Shown here in pieces: positions 12,811 through 26,333 of a stretch of DNA of 64,000 nucleotides; the first letter of the stretch is position 1, and each line of letters opens with the position of its first letter. The notes below the pieces were generated by a model that had not been told where the DNA came from, did not search any database, and saw only the letters and a program-made list of their open reading frames with translations. This DNA is from Lama guanicoe (lineage: Eukaryota). The position numbers were made by a program, and so were the translations under genes. The stretch lies in contig MU053652.1 in NCBI GenBank assembly GCA_013239625.1, positions 6,997,902-7,061,901 of the forward strand, in the 5' to 3' direction.

Positions 12811-13235
12811 TGAAGAGGATCACAATATGTAACTCAAAAATATGCCTCTCTGGCCCAAGGATTATTTTGAGCTGATTATTTTTAAGAAACAGCGGACACA
12901 GGAGAAGCTCTAAAAACCAAGTATAAGCTACCCTTTTGTAAAGGACATTTACATTTACGAAAGAAATTTCCATTTGTCAGAGTATCTCTTCTGGCTCACA
13001 ATGCTTTTCCTGATAACCTTGTATAACTGGCTCCACCCATCCCTACCTCATCATCTTCTTTTGTCTTTAGTTGGAGGGCATGATATTTAAGATGGGGGCT
13101 TGGGCCACTTTGGGGAGTTTCTCAGTTTCCCTGGGTCTCTCCCATTTGTCTCCTGTTAATTGGCCTTTTTATTACAGATGGTGTCTTAGCCAAAAACCTG
13201 GAAAGACAGAGGGAAATTATTTTTCATCCCTTGCA
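12811..13235 (+). mobile_element. ERV1 LTR, MER34-like
   Basis: Start tgaagaggatcacaatatg...caaaatatgcc...aaggattattttgagctg; end agagggaaattatttttcatcccttgca; both match my recollection of MER34 termini. Confidence 0.8.
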
Positions 13236-14929
13236 GGATCCCAGAGAATCTATGTGAGTAGCCTAGATTCTAGCCCCCCATGAAGCAGAAATAATGGTTC
13301 CACTGAAGAGAGGGTTTTCTCCAGAACCATGCTCTGTATAAGTAAGAAACCCTCACAGCTCAATAGTTGACCTATTCCCCAGAACAGACATAAACAATCT
13401 TTACTATTTATAAGAAGAATAGCCACAGGAGTAATATACATGATATGGCTTATCTCTACTCTGTTTAATTACCAGAAGTCTAACTGTTTTATTCTTTTTA
13501 TCATACTATTTTAAAGAACTCTCCTATTGATACTACCTCCATTCTATATTTTTCTGGAATAAATATTTGTGTATTTGTTTATGCAAAATCATATTTATTA
13601 ACTCTACATGGTCTCAAAGGATAATAAGGAAAGTGTAGAAATATAGAAATAATAATGCAACCACTGCTGACATTTTAACATTTTTACCAATAATAATTTT
13701 ATGTTTATATTTTCTGAAAAGAAAATAATTATACTTACAACTTTGTATTCTGCTTTTTGTTCTGCCTATCATTATTTTCTATGAATTTTTCACATACATG
13801 CAATTCAAAAACATATCATTAACCGGATGTACCAAAGTCTTAATAGACATGCTGGGAGGATGTCAAACACTTAGTGCAATGCCTTACCCAGTTTAAAAAT
13901 GTGTTATCTGAACAGACAACAAATTAAGAGAGAGGAGTTCTGCTTATATTATGCATTAGTCTAATGAAATACATTTGATTTTATAGAAGAATAAAGAAAT
14001 CAGAGAAACTAAAATGACATCATATTGAAATGCCAGAGTTTACTGTACTAAGCAAACTCAAATGAATTCTTGGACCAGCTACAGAATATTAATGCATGAA
14101 TGAAACATGTCCCACTTAATACACTAGCAGTTACTGACAACCATGGCAAATGAGAGAATATTCACCCTGCTTATAGTCAATAAAATTTAATTTGTCATGC
14201 CAAACAATGTTTCTGATACCGTGTGAGCAAGTTGTAACCTTCAGATACCTAATAATGTCCTAACTATACTTGAAGAGAATTCCAGAATATCAGACCTCAC
14301 TGTATATAATTATAACACTACCCATAGACAAATAAGAAAGACTTTTTTTTGTTTTTTGCAATGCCTGTGACCTTCATTTTGATAAATTCTCTCTTAGGGT
14401 AGCTTCTACTCATCAAGACTTGTTTATTTACATATCTGCTACATAACTGTACATATACATTCAATAACCACCATGTACTAGAAAGTTCTATGCAACCTTA
14501 AATATTCTGTATGTTTTGCTCCTGTAACACTTAGTTTCAGCCCACACATTACTTCAGTGCTATGGGCCAGGATTACTCAAGGCCTACACATGTCATTCAT
14601 TTGGTTCTCACTATTCAAAGACACTGCTATAAATTATTCTTCACCCAGAAAGCAAACCAAGAATTGGAAAATGAGGCAAGAACTGTTTTAGAGGAAACTT
14701 TGTAGACTGTTTGGAAACTAGAACAACCAAAATGTCTCAATGAACAGAGGAAGTAGAACTGTGAGTGTGCCTATTAAAAACAACAAATGACAATCTGAGT
14801 TTCAACTTCTTTATGTATCTTTTATCATGAAGCTCCAGAGTATTTTAATCTGCTTAAGAATATGTTTTTCTATTATAATTTATTAGCATGAGTGTGTTTG
14901 GTGATAACTGTGAGAGAACTTCATACATG

Positions 14930-15085
14930 GTATTACATAAAAATCATGAACTTCAGTATGAAGCAGATTTTGATGAAAATCCAACTCAACTAGTTAAATG
15001 ACCTCAGAGACTCTCTGGATTAATCTATAAGATGAGGAAAAGAATGAATTGTTCTGAGTATTTGAAATAAGTAACTAGATTAACA
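14930..15085 (+). mobile_element. MIR SINE, degenerate
   Basis: catgaacttcagt....gcaga...aaatcc...atctataagatgagga...ttgttctgag. Confidence 0.45.
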
Positions 15086-15087
15086 GT

Positions 15088-15890
15088 TGGGCTCATTCCA
15101 GCACCTCCTTTGCTGCAAGATGGTTCCCTTATTCTGATACTATATTTTATTCCATGTTTCCATAACAAGTATTCCCTATGCTGCTAGATAATGGTAGTGC
15201 TCTGACAGAAAAGGTGAACCCAAACTAGAATAGGTATCTGTCCTTGAAAGGATAAGTCACTGGTTCTTCAAGGCTGGAACTGGAAGGAAATTATATAGTC
15301 AACTTGCCACCAACTGATTGGCTAGTCTCCCTCCAACATAATGTCATATTGGGGGATTAGTATTGGATTCAACTACTATAAATTGTATATTCAGAAGCAG
15401 AAGTATCTAGATCATCATTAGTACACAGGAGATCATGCCATCAGGTTCACATATAGCCTCTATCCTGGAGGCTTTAGCCACTTCACTCATATGGCCATTG
15501 TGCTTTGTCTGAACTGACTGATGATGAAGGCTGAGTCATCTTGTCTACTTGGTTGTCCAGTGCCTCTTCCATGGTGAACACTCTTTGATAGGATTAATAC
15601 ATGACACAAACTCTTCCCCGTTTAGGCTTACCCTTATATGTCCATCCACATCACATGCCTCTATCCCAGAATTACTTGTCTTCAATCTTACAGTCCTCTC
15701 TTTCAGGCCTCTGAATAGACAGCCAAGTCACTGGTCAATACCCAAGAATGCATATTTCCCTTTATATTGTGTTTCAGGGTCAATCCTGAAAGTGTTAGTA
15801 ATGTAATTGTTGTCTTGCACCTATACACTGAGCCAATTCATCCATAAATGAGGCTCAGGCTTTATCCTCCTCTTTCAGATGATCCTACAA
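15088..15890 (-). mobile_element. ERVL internal (pol RNase H/integrase region) remnant, decayed
   Basis: Minus strand near 15860-15815 reads agcctgagcctcatttatggatgaattggctcagtgtataggtgcaag, a decayed version of the ERVL A-W-F-T-D-G-S-A motif; further ERVL pol-like blocks (cagatacctattctagtttgggttcaccttt); many stops and frameshifts. Confidence 0.7.
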
Positions 15891-17182
15891 TATCCTTGGG
15901 AAAATGAAAATACAAAGGGCTGTACAATATAAGTTTAAATTTTAAAAAGGTGAAATATAGGGGAAAAAAAACACTGTGGGGTTTGGATAACTGCTGTATT
16001 TAAAATTTTTCATGTCATTGATGATAAAAATGACTCTGAAACATTAAAAAAAAAAACTCAAGGAAACTCTAATTACTAAAATACAGACAAAAACTCAAAA
16101 TCTTCCTTATTCCTAAAACATTAGTAGTCAGACAACATTCCACACAAGAGTGCCAAGTCCCAGTAATATGATTACTCCAGATTAGATATCAAGCTGTGAA
16201 CATAATCTTTCCTTAAGGCTCATTTAAATGCCCCACATAATACAACACAGAATGACAGACAAAAGCATATCGCTTTGATCTCTTTCTAAACTTGTCAACC
16301 ACGTGCTCTTTTCCCAGCTTTATCCAAAAGATTTTAATAATCAAATGGATTCCTGGTGCCCATTTTTTGTATGCAATTCTGTATCTTATTGCTAACTCAG
16401 TTGGGGTTTATAAGTACTCAAAAAATTAAAATTAAAATTAAAAAAACCTCAAACCATAGATACACTAGCCATACACTTTTTATACCTGTTTTTGTAGAAT
16501 TTCAAGAAAGTTTGCTTTGATCTCCTATTTGCAATCATAGAATAAATTTCAGAAGTGTTGCTTTTATATCACATTCTGTACCTTTTCAAGTTTTCTGCAT
16601 TTGAAGACATATGGTTGGAACTATGTAGAAGAATGTTAAAAAAGAAAAAGAAAGTGTTCATTTAATCATAAAAAGACCAAGAGCATTCTTCTTCTTCTTT
16701 TTTTTTTTTAATTCTTTCTTGGGATTTGATGCTAGAGATAATAGTGACATGATTTTAGGCATAATTCATCATCTAAATTTGCTTTGAAAAAAGTATGGCT
16801 TCTCACTTTAATTTTAATATCAGCTATATAAATAAATTATCATGAAGTGTAGCAATCTAAGTGAGAAATTCTCTCTGATTCAAAACCAATAAAGATAATT
16901 GAAAGAATACTATCAGTACCAAATAGAATTATGTAAAATGAAACCTGCACTCCTCACAATCCTTTTCTTTGAAACAGACACCAAATGTTTTCTGACAGAC
17001 AGGGCACAATTTTTAAGGAATAGAGTCAAAGAACTTTCAGGTCTCTTCTTTCTACCATTCAAGAGCAATCATGAACATCAAAAAGTATTTATAGTATATT
17101 AAAGGTGGAGCAAAACATTAAAGGTATTTTTTTAAGAAGCTGTCTAGACCAAAGCTTCATTATCAGATTCAAGATCTTCAGG

Positions 17183-17331
17183 AAGCACCAGCCTACACAA
17201 TTTGTGGGATCCAGTACACAATGGAAATGTGGGACCACTTGGCTAAAAATTATGAATTTTAAGACAGTGACAGTACATTAGTAAAGAAAGTGCATGAGCC
17301 CTGCAGGTCACATGCCATAAAGATAGTCCTT
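17183..17331 (-). mobile_element. MER45A-like hAT MITE
   Basis: acc.gcctacacaatttgtggg..ccagt.ca.aatg.aaatgtggg.cc.cttg..taaaaatta...gaattttaagacagtgacag matches the reverse complement of MER45A. Confidence 0.75.
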
Positions 17332-18899
17332 GTTATCTGTAGGTGAAATTCTTTAGTATTTAATGATCCACAGCTGCCCACTCCTCAAAGGGGTCTGTGC
17401 CAAAAAAAGAAGGAAAAAAAAAAAAAAAGATAGATGCGGATGCTAAAACCCCTGAGTTACCTACTGTTTCATACCACACCTGAAACCCTTAAGGATAATA
17501 GGAAATTAATACCAAAATTACCATTAGTACCCAGATCTCTTGCTTCTACTATATTGTTAGTAGTAGGTCTTGGTTTGTTGATATTTGTTATTTTTAATAT
17601 GCATGTTATTTTTTTTTACAGATGTTGGATATAGAATTCTCTTAAGGAAAGATATTCTGAAACATCATAAAAAAGTTTATCCCTAATAATATTAACAATA
17701 TTAAAATATTTTAGGATACAATATAAAGCACATAGATTGGAAGTATTATTGCTTATTTTATCTTAGAGCTCAGTGCAGAACTTTCACAAGTCTAGCCTTT
17801 CTGCTAGATCATGAAGGAGAGAAATATTAGTATCGATGATAATTCTGTATTTAAAACAGCACAAAACAACAAATGAAAACAGGGTAAGTGAAAGGAAGAT
17901 CAAGATGCAACTTTAAACAAATTTCAGTTGTGCTAATAAAAAAAAAATCTTTTTCCAGCATCATATAAGATTTTTATTCTTATGGATCACTAGAGACTTA
18001 ACTAAACAGTATAAGTAATATCCATTTCAGATGATAACATGACTTTTTAAAGAAGCACTTGGAAAAACTGGGTGCATAAGACCAATAATTCTTAATTAAG
18101 TTCAGAGTATGTTAATTGTGTGGAAACCAATATAGGAACTTAATATATGAAATGACAGAGCTTTTTTTCAGGAGCAGTTTGTCTGAGGTTTGTTATTTAA
18201 AAGCAAAGATAGATGCTGTTTTAATAAGAAAGCATTAATATCCTTAGAAAATATAAGCACAATTTTAAAAAACTTAATGAGTCTTCTAAAACTCTGGATC
18301 ATGTGACTGGGAGGACCTTCAATAGGTTGATGGCCCTGCCCTTAGCCATGTGTTCAAGGTCACTTTAGTTAGCTATCATTGGGTACCTTTCCTTTCAGAT
18401 TTGTCCAGCTCTTTGGCCCCTGCTCTCTCTGCAGAGTCCCAAATGGATCTACCCTAATTATAAAACATCTGTACATTCTGGACTTCTAAGTTCTTCTGAC
18501 CTCCAGGAATATGTTAACCTATAGCAGGCACTGGAGGAATTTCTACTTCTTAAAATTTGCTAGCTTGTCAAAGGCTCTAATTCATGCAAATGTTATAGTG
18601 AAAACCCTTTCCTCCCTAGTAATATATATTTCATTAAAGCACTTTTGAAATAACTCATTAACCAAAATACTGTTTTACTGGAATTTCAGTTATAAATGGA
18701 GACTGATAAAGATTGGTTTGAGCAGGACATTTATGAGCCTCTCTAATATCACAAAATCTAGCCACGACCACTTAAGGTGCCATCTGCAAGTTGGTTTTTT
18801 TTTTTTTTTAACTCTGTCTGTTAATATAACAGGCAAGTAAATATCTAAGGGAAAGGACCTATTTCCAAAATAAACCAGTTCAGTGATTTTGCAGCCCTA

Positions 18900-20030
18900 A
18901 GCTCATTTTTTGAGAAAGCAGTACAGTATTTTAAAAGTTTTGATATTTACTATCAAATGGTGATCCAGGGTTTATTTTAATTAAAATCACGTAAGCAATA
19001 AGATAAAGTATCCATTTCCCTTCTTATTAGATATCTTCATTCCTTTTAATCCAAATGGATAGACAAAAAGATAGTGTTTCACTGTCTGCATTTTTTAATT
19101 TAGAGAAGTTAAACACCTTTTATATCTTTATTGGCCCTTTATTTTTCTTCTTTCTTTGAAATTCTTGTACATATTTTCTGCTTGTTTTTACTGGTGTCCC
19201 CTATTTTAAATTACATGAAAATGCTCTTTGGATGTTAATATTAACCCTTTGTTATATATGTTTAAAATATTTTCTAATTTGTCATTTATTTTTTAATTTG
19301 GTTTATAAAAAAATGAATGCTATAGTCACAACTATTATATTTTCACTTATTTAAATAATACAGTCACACCAAGAAAGACTTTTCCCACTATAAAATTATA
19401 CATATATTTGCTTATATTTCTTTTAATATTTTAAATTGTTTCTCTATAATTTAGTGAAAATAAATTTATACTTTATTTTTAAATAATACATATTTATTAT
19501 ATTATTTCACAAATTTCAGTGAAAGAATACAGTATATAGAAAGGAAAAACAAAACAATTGAAGTTTGACTATCTACAGGTTATCAGAAATAACACATTGT
19601 ATATCAACCTTTAAAATCTGTTTCTTTACTACACACACACATACACACACACATGCATGCACTGCTCTGTAATTTATTTTTTCATTCAAACAATATGCTA
19701 TGGGCTATTCTCATTTTGGGAGCAGTATAAAACTAATTTGACTATTACCATGTTAATGTATATGTTAATATCTGGTAGGCAAGAATGTCTCTCTTCATTT
19801 TCTTTTCTCCAAATGCTCATGGTTATTTTCACTTGGTTTTTTTTTTCTTCCATAGAAATTTTAAGAATTTTTGCCAAAATTAAAAAAAAAACAAAGAGAT
19901 TTTATTTGCAAGTGACTTTTGAAAATTATTTGGTAGGGGGAATTAATTTATATCTTTACAATATCTTATTCCCATCAGAAAATATGAAATGTCTCTTTGG
20001 CCCATTCCTCCTTTATGATGCTCAGTAAAA
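18900..20030 (-). mobile_element. Old L1M/L1ME fragments
   Basis: T-rich antisense L1 blocks (tttattggccc, gatgttaatattaaccctttg, atatctggtaggcaag, atctttacaatat...ttcccatc) interrupted by AT-rich DNA and a (CA)n tract. Confidence 0.55.
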
Positions 20031-21559
20031 TTCTCTAGTTACCTACTTGGCACATGCATACCCTCTGCTGCCTACTGCAGTTGTCTCCCAATGTACATTT
20101 CCACATGACTGCCAAGGCTGAGATTTGCCCCTACCCACAATCCCCAAGACAGCCTTCACCTACAGCTCCTGCCATGGTGTGTTCAGGAGGTGTTCATGTC
20201 ACTTCAGAACTTTATTTACCTGTGGGAAGTAGAGACAGAGTTCCTGGAAGAAATCGCTTCTAGGCAGGGAGCTTGAGAACTTTGCCAAATAGTTTTTTCC
20301 TAGCATTAGGTATGACAGCATGATTTAGCCTCATGAGATTCTGCCTTCCACTCTAACCAGCTCAACTTTAGTGTGGGCTCCCAGCAAAAATGTCTCTCCT
20401 TTCAAATCAAATATAGTATTGCAGCAGCCAGTGTCTAAATGCTGTTGGTGAGGGTTTTATTATGCATGAATATGCATTAATGAACTACTGGTCAAAAGTT
20501 CCAGCCAGTGGGCTAGCAGAGAGGATTATGCCAGACTTGAAGTTTGGAAGCCATTCTTTGTATTAAATTCAAATATATCATTTACTATGGTTTTTGGTGA
20601 GTCATTTAACCCTCTGGTCTTCAGTTCTGATATCCATAAATAAGCAACATTGTCTTTCATGGTTTTGCTCAAACCGTCCCCTCTTTTGTAAACTATCTCT
20701 ACTTCTAGTAATCTATCTCTTAACTGTTAGAGTGTCATTGTATACTTGGCACTTGTCAACTACAGTCAGATTTCATCTTATATTTATGAGTGTGTGGTCT
20801 GCTTCCCCAGATTAAACAGTATTTCCTTGGAAATAACAATTGTGCTTTTTTCTTCTCTTACATTACTAGTTCAACACTTTGCACATAGAATGACCTAAGT
20901 AAATATTTGTTAGATCAATTGAGCACCATTTCCTTATCTTTTTTGAGTTAATTATTAAGATTTGTTAGCATCCACAAAGAGAATTAACTAATGACATATT
21001 AATGGGACAAAAAGTATTATTGTTTTATTTTCATTTGCCAAAATATTCTATATTTTTTCATGCAGTTTTTACATTTCCAACTGATTTTTGCAGAAGCCCC
21101 TTGCTTTGTTCACCTCTAGGCATAAGGAACAAAATAAATAGTGAAATTAAAAGAATATTTTTGGAGATGCTAGTTTATAAAAAAATGAACATTAAACAAA
21201 ATACACAATCACAATTCATTTGCAGAAATAAAAACTAATTAATAAAGAATGTACACTTTCCATATACCACAACTTCAGTGTTTTCCACAACAAAGGACTA
21301 AAAAAGAATTACTTTTATTATTACTATTGTATGTAACAGCATTAATCAGTAATTGGTTTAATTTTCTTTCTTACTGCTATGTTGCTAGTAAAGCACATAC
21401 TGAATATGTCTTTTAAAATTATAATGTTTAATTAACTTAGGTGGTCAAGTCACTCAAAAGTACTAAACATTAAAATGCCTAATGAACGGTTGACACAAGC
21501 TAGCTGCTAATTTAAAAAAAAAACCTGACTGATACATAATTAACATACCATAAAATTTA

Positions 21560-22215
21560 TCCTTTTTTTTCTAAGTTTGCTTCGGTTATTCAGGATAATT
21601 TTCATTTCCATACAAATTTGATCAACTTGTCAATTTCTGCAAAGAAGTAGGTTAGAATTCTCGTATAGATCATGTTCAATCAGTAGATCAAATTAAGGTG
21701 AATTCCATTTTAATAATATTAAGTCTTCTGATCTATGAATATGGGATGTCTTCCTGATTATTTAGAACTTCTTTAATTTCCTTCAATCACTTTTTCAAGT
21801 TGTCAGTGTAAGTTTTCTACTACTTTTATTAAATGTATTCCTAAGTATTTTATTCTTTTTGATGTTTTGTTAATGAAATCGTTTTCTTAATTTCATATTC
21901 TGATTGTTCATTGCCACTGTATAGAAATAAAATTGATTTTTTATATTGATCTTGTATCTTCCAAATTTGTTTAACTCATTTACTATTTCTAATAGTATTT
22001 TGGGAGGTGTGGATTCCTTAGGATTTTCTGTGTTCAAGATCATGTCATCTGTGAATATAGTTTTACTTTTTCTTTTCCAATCTGGATGTGTTTTATTTCT
22101 TTTTATTAATTTTTTTCCTATTTTTTCTGGCTAGAACTTCCAGTACAATGGTGAATATAAGTGGAGAGAGTGGACATCCTTGTTTTGGTCCTGATCTTAT
22201 AGAGAAAGTAATTCT
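21560..22215 (-). mobile_element. L1M ORF2 (RT region) fragment, decayed
   Basis: ttcctaagtattttattctttttgatg, gatttttt.tatattgatcttgtatc, ggattccttaggattttct, ctggctagaacttccagtacaatg, gagagtggacatccttg. Confidence 0.9.
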
Positions 22216-22801
22216 TTATACATGGTAAGAAAGATTCCTAAGGATGGCAAAGAAGCTATAAAATTCTTTTGGCATGGAGAAATATATTTTAACATTGCAG
22301 ATATTGTGTTAAATCATCTATAAAAATCATTGCCCAAGCAGAATTAGTTGGGATCATTTTAACAAATTAGAATGGCTTCTTAAGAAGAACGTAGGCTTTT
22401 TATGTGAAATTTTCATCGTAAGGCATATAATGGTTCAAGTACTTTGGAGGCTTTAGGCATGTTAGCTATTTCTATTTGGTGAATAAAAAGAGATTTTTAA
22501 ACATCTATATCATAAAAGTTCTATCACACAAGTGCCAACAATCTATATCCAACTTTTATATTCTCTGTCTTCCCTAAATAAAATCCTTCTTATAGTATGC
22601 TAGAGTACAGTGCTTACATCCTTTTTGAATGTACAACAGGAGTACTGAAGAATGTGTGAAGGTTTAAACTTTGCATTTTCCCTTGGAAAAATTTTCCCTT
22701 GGAAAAAACACACAATCAGGTCTGCCTTAAATAGTTTTACTTTTCTTTCTCCCAATCCACACCATCTCCTCTATAGATACTTTCATTCCCCTACAAGAAT
22801 C

Positions 22802-23059
22802 TGTTAAAAGATAAGTCATTAAATCAGTGATCTGTATAGACCCTGTTCTTGGAAATACAAATGATTCTCCAACTCAGAGGCCGATAAGCAAACACAGAAG
22901 GCCTCTGAATCCCCCTTCCCACCCCTGTTCCCCACCAACACCAACTCCTAAAAACTCCAGTTGAGTTTACATTGAGCTATGCCTTCTCTAACCCACTGCA
23001 ACAGCCTTGCATAAAGTCTTCTTTGTCTGCTTAGCTCGGGTGCAGTTTTTGCTTTGACA
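22802..23059 (+). mobile_element. ERV1 LTR fragment, MER31/MER67-like
   Basis: 3' end ..ccactgcaacagccttgcataaagtcttctttg.ctgctta.ct...gtgcagtttttgctttgaca. Confidence 0.6.
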
Positions 23060-23789
23060 TCATTTTAAACAATTATTATGATCAATGCTTTATTAACACT
23101 TGTGTTTCAAACAAAAAAGTTTATTCAGGGCACTATTATCTCAAAGAATTTTTAATTGAAATCATTCTTAGAATGTTTTCTCTAATTTTTCTTGGGTACG
23201 TGTGCCAAACATATTAACAAAGAATTCAGAGCATTAGATAAATAAAAATACACAAATTAATATGATGAATTAACTAATGTCCTCAAAATGCAATTTTTAA
23301 ACACAAGTATTGATCACAAAAAGCAGCTGAATAACTTATGGATGAAAATGAAAAGTATTGCAATCATTACAAATAAATTATCTTGCTTGCACATAACTAT
23401 ATCAAACTGCGCTTCTATTCCTGGCACAATAAAAAGGGAGATAAGATATCCAAAGACAATACTTGCCATCCTTGCCCCCACCGATCACAGCCCACTTATC
23501 CCCTTTGACAAATGGTGTCTCTGTGTTTCACAAGGTATGCAGGAGACCTGGCTTTCTGAACTCAGGCATGGATTTTCTATAAATGAAATCACATTTTAAA
23601 TGATACAAGGGAATCTATCTTAAAATATATCTTGTAATGTGAAAAAATCACCACTTGGTTTGTTTGTTAAACTGTATTTGTAAATAATTGTTTTTTAAAG
23701 AGGCTCTAAACTGTTTATCAATAGTTGTATCTCTGACTTAGTGTTCCCTTCTGTCGTTCAAATATCCCTTTCACATGAAATCTCTCCTA

Positions 23790-24003
23790 CTGACTGGGTT
23801 TATGTCCCAAGCCTACCTCTCACTAGATGTGTGATCTTGGGCAAATTATATACACTCTCTGTACAGTCAATGCATCACTAGTAAAACAAAGATACTTAGT
23901 ATCTACTTACAGAGTTTTGAAGATTAAATAGTTATATGTAAACTAGATTTGAAAGTATCTGTAATGTACTAAATGCTATACAAATGCTTGCAAATTTTAT
24001 TAT
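23790..24003 (+). mobile_element. MIR SINE
   Basis: ctgggttt..gtccca...cactagatgtgtgatcttgggcaaatta...gtaaaa...tatctactt.cagagt...gaagattaaat. Confidence 0.8.
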
Positions 24004-24271
24004 TGAGGAAACTTTTTTTGATTGTAAAGAATTATTTCAATCTTAGTGATTCATGTGGACACTTAAAATGCTTATGGCAATTAGGTTATTTAAAGTAAAC
24101 TAAATTTAGCAATGAATACATTTCCCAAAAGTACTCCAATCCTTTAAAATGTACTTCCAAAGGTATTGTATTTGTTTAAATTTTTTTAAAGAGTAGACTA
24201 AAATTACAATGTAAGAAAAAGCTTTTCTTTTTGCCATTCTTATTAGTTTGGGGTGACTAATCAATCATTCA

Positions 24272-26333
24272 TGTCTCAGTCAGGAAAGGCCCGGTAATGC
24301 TGCTGTAACATATAGTTCCTTCTTATTTCTTCTCCCCCAATGTCCTCTGTGGACCTGGGCAACAGCCATCTTCCTTGTGGCCACTTAGCAATGTTGGTTG
24401 ATGGAGAATCTGAACATATAGCTCTCGGGTCAGGGAAGAGAAAATAAAGGATCACATCTGACTATGAGATCCGTTTCTCAGTGATACAGACCACTTCTGC
24501 TCTCAGCTCATTGTATTACATTATTCCTATTACCCTGTCTTACTGCAAAGGGAGTGAGTAATGAGAGAAATAAATGGTTTATTTGGTGGCCATTATGTCT
24601 CTGTCTTACTGTTCCCTTCTGTCCTTCAGATATCCCTTTCACATGAAATCTCTCCTCAAGGGAAACAGCCCAAAGTTCTATCCCATCAATGCATCCAGTT
24701 CAAAGGCTTATCTCTGAGTGATATGCAGTAGTGTCTACAACAGGTCAAGGTATAGCTTTGCTTGCTTTAGAAAGCTCTGAACTAAAGCTACAATTTAACT
24801 CCTACCTTCCAATATAATAATAAAGCATGTACAGGACAACTGTAAAAAAATCACTACTCTTTAGAAGAAGAAAGAATGAGTGTCCCACATGAATGTAGTC
24901 TATTTTACTTACTGAGAAACTGAAAACATAATACTGTGAGAGGTAGTAATGCTCATCAACTATTCCATCTGTTCCTTTACATTTCCACACACACACAGGG
25001 ATGTCTGCCACATTATCAGTTCTGCAGCCTCACTGGGAAGGCATTGTTAAGGGACCCCACGTCATGAGAGTAGAAAACGTTCCAGAATTAGTCTTTGACT
25101 ATGATTTATGAAAGAAACAACTATCATCCCATGTTCTCCATGGACCTTGTGTCTATCTTTATCTTCCTTGTCCATGTTTGAAGTGGACATCTGGGGACTA
25201 CGCCTTCTTGATGGCTGAAGATGTATCTCAGTTCATTTCCTTAATCTAAAATGTTTGTGAGACTAAAAGTGATTTTGAGTCTTAGCCTCAGGCTTTTTGC
25301 TAGAAGATGTAATACCTCCCTAAAATTAAGTTTTTTATATATTTGATTCCATTTAGTCCATATTTGCAATCTTAATCTTTCCAACATAAATTTCAGCCTC
25401 ACTGTAATTTTTGCTTTCTTGTACCTATACCTCTCTGTGAGTTTAAAGACTATGTGCTTTCCTAGACCCTCATCAGATTCTTGCCCTAAGTCATTTTATC
25501 AGTTGAAAGTATTGACTGGCTCCATATCCTTAGTCTGATTTTTCCCCTAGGGGCAATTAAATAAATTTAAAGATTTTGCTGGATTTTCGTATCTTTTACT
25601 GGTGGGGTCCAGAAGCAGTGGACCTTCTTAATCCTGAGAGGCCCAGATTTTGTGTTTTATACTTATTCTCCTCCATTTTTACTTAGAAACCAGTCAACTG
25701 TTACCTGAAATCATTACCTCCACAGAATATTTTGTCAAACACAACTATTTACTACTACTCAAAAATTCTAAGTTTTTCAACCTCTCTTTCCCTAAAAGCC
25801 ATACATTTTTGTCATTGTTATTGGCTGGTGGCATTCTTATTTTGTTTTATTTTGAGGTGTATGATCTGCCTCCTCAATCCCTGCAGGTGTGCATTTTGCC
25901 AAATATTTTACTATTTAAAGACCATCACTTTTTTTAGGCTTTGATATCAGTTTCATGCCGCCCCATTTTTCAGATTTTTGTTATTCAGAAGTTCTACAGC
26001 TTTGGTTCCAATAACAGTATTTGTCACGATAGGCTTGATTATTCTGCATTAACAATCCCTAATCTTCGTGGCTTATAACAACAAAAGTTTATTTGCCTCT
26101 CACACAAAATTTGGTGTCTCTCCAAGCTACTCTATTGTAAAACTGCCCACCAGAGGTCCACTCAGACAGGCAGAAGTTCCACCATTTGAGTTGCACTACA
26201 TGAATTGTGGAGGACTCTCTTCACGTCTGTTCATAGCCCACTGACTGTTACCATTGATATGTCCTGCCTAACTTTAGGGACTAGGAAATGTAAAGGAACA
26301 AATGAAATAGTTGGTAAGCATACTGCCCCTGGC
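24272..26333 (-). mobile_element. Two-LTR MaLR element remnant (MLT1J/K-like LTR, internal region, LTR)
   Basis: LTR at 24272-~24609 (tgtctcagtcaggaaagg...tgctgctgtaaca); LTR at ~26016-26333 (agtatttgtcacgataggctt..ttattctgcattaaca...gtggcttataacaacaaaagtttattt); junction ttggttccaataac before the right LTR resembles the MaLR ggtaccaatttc boundary. Confidence 0.7.
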
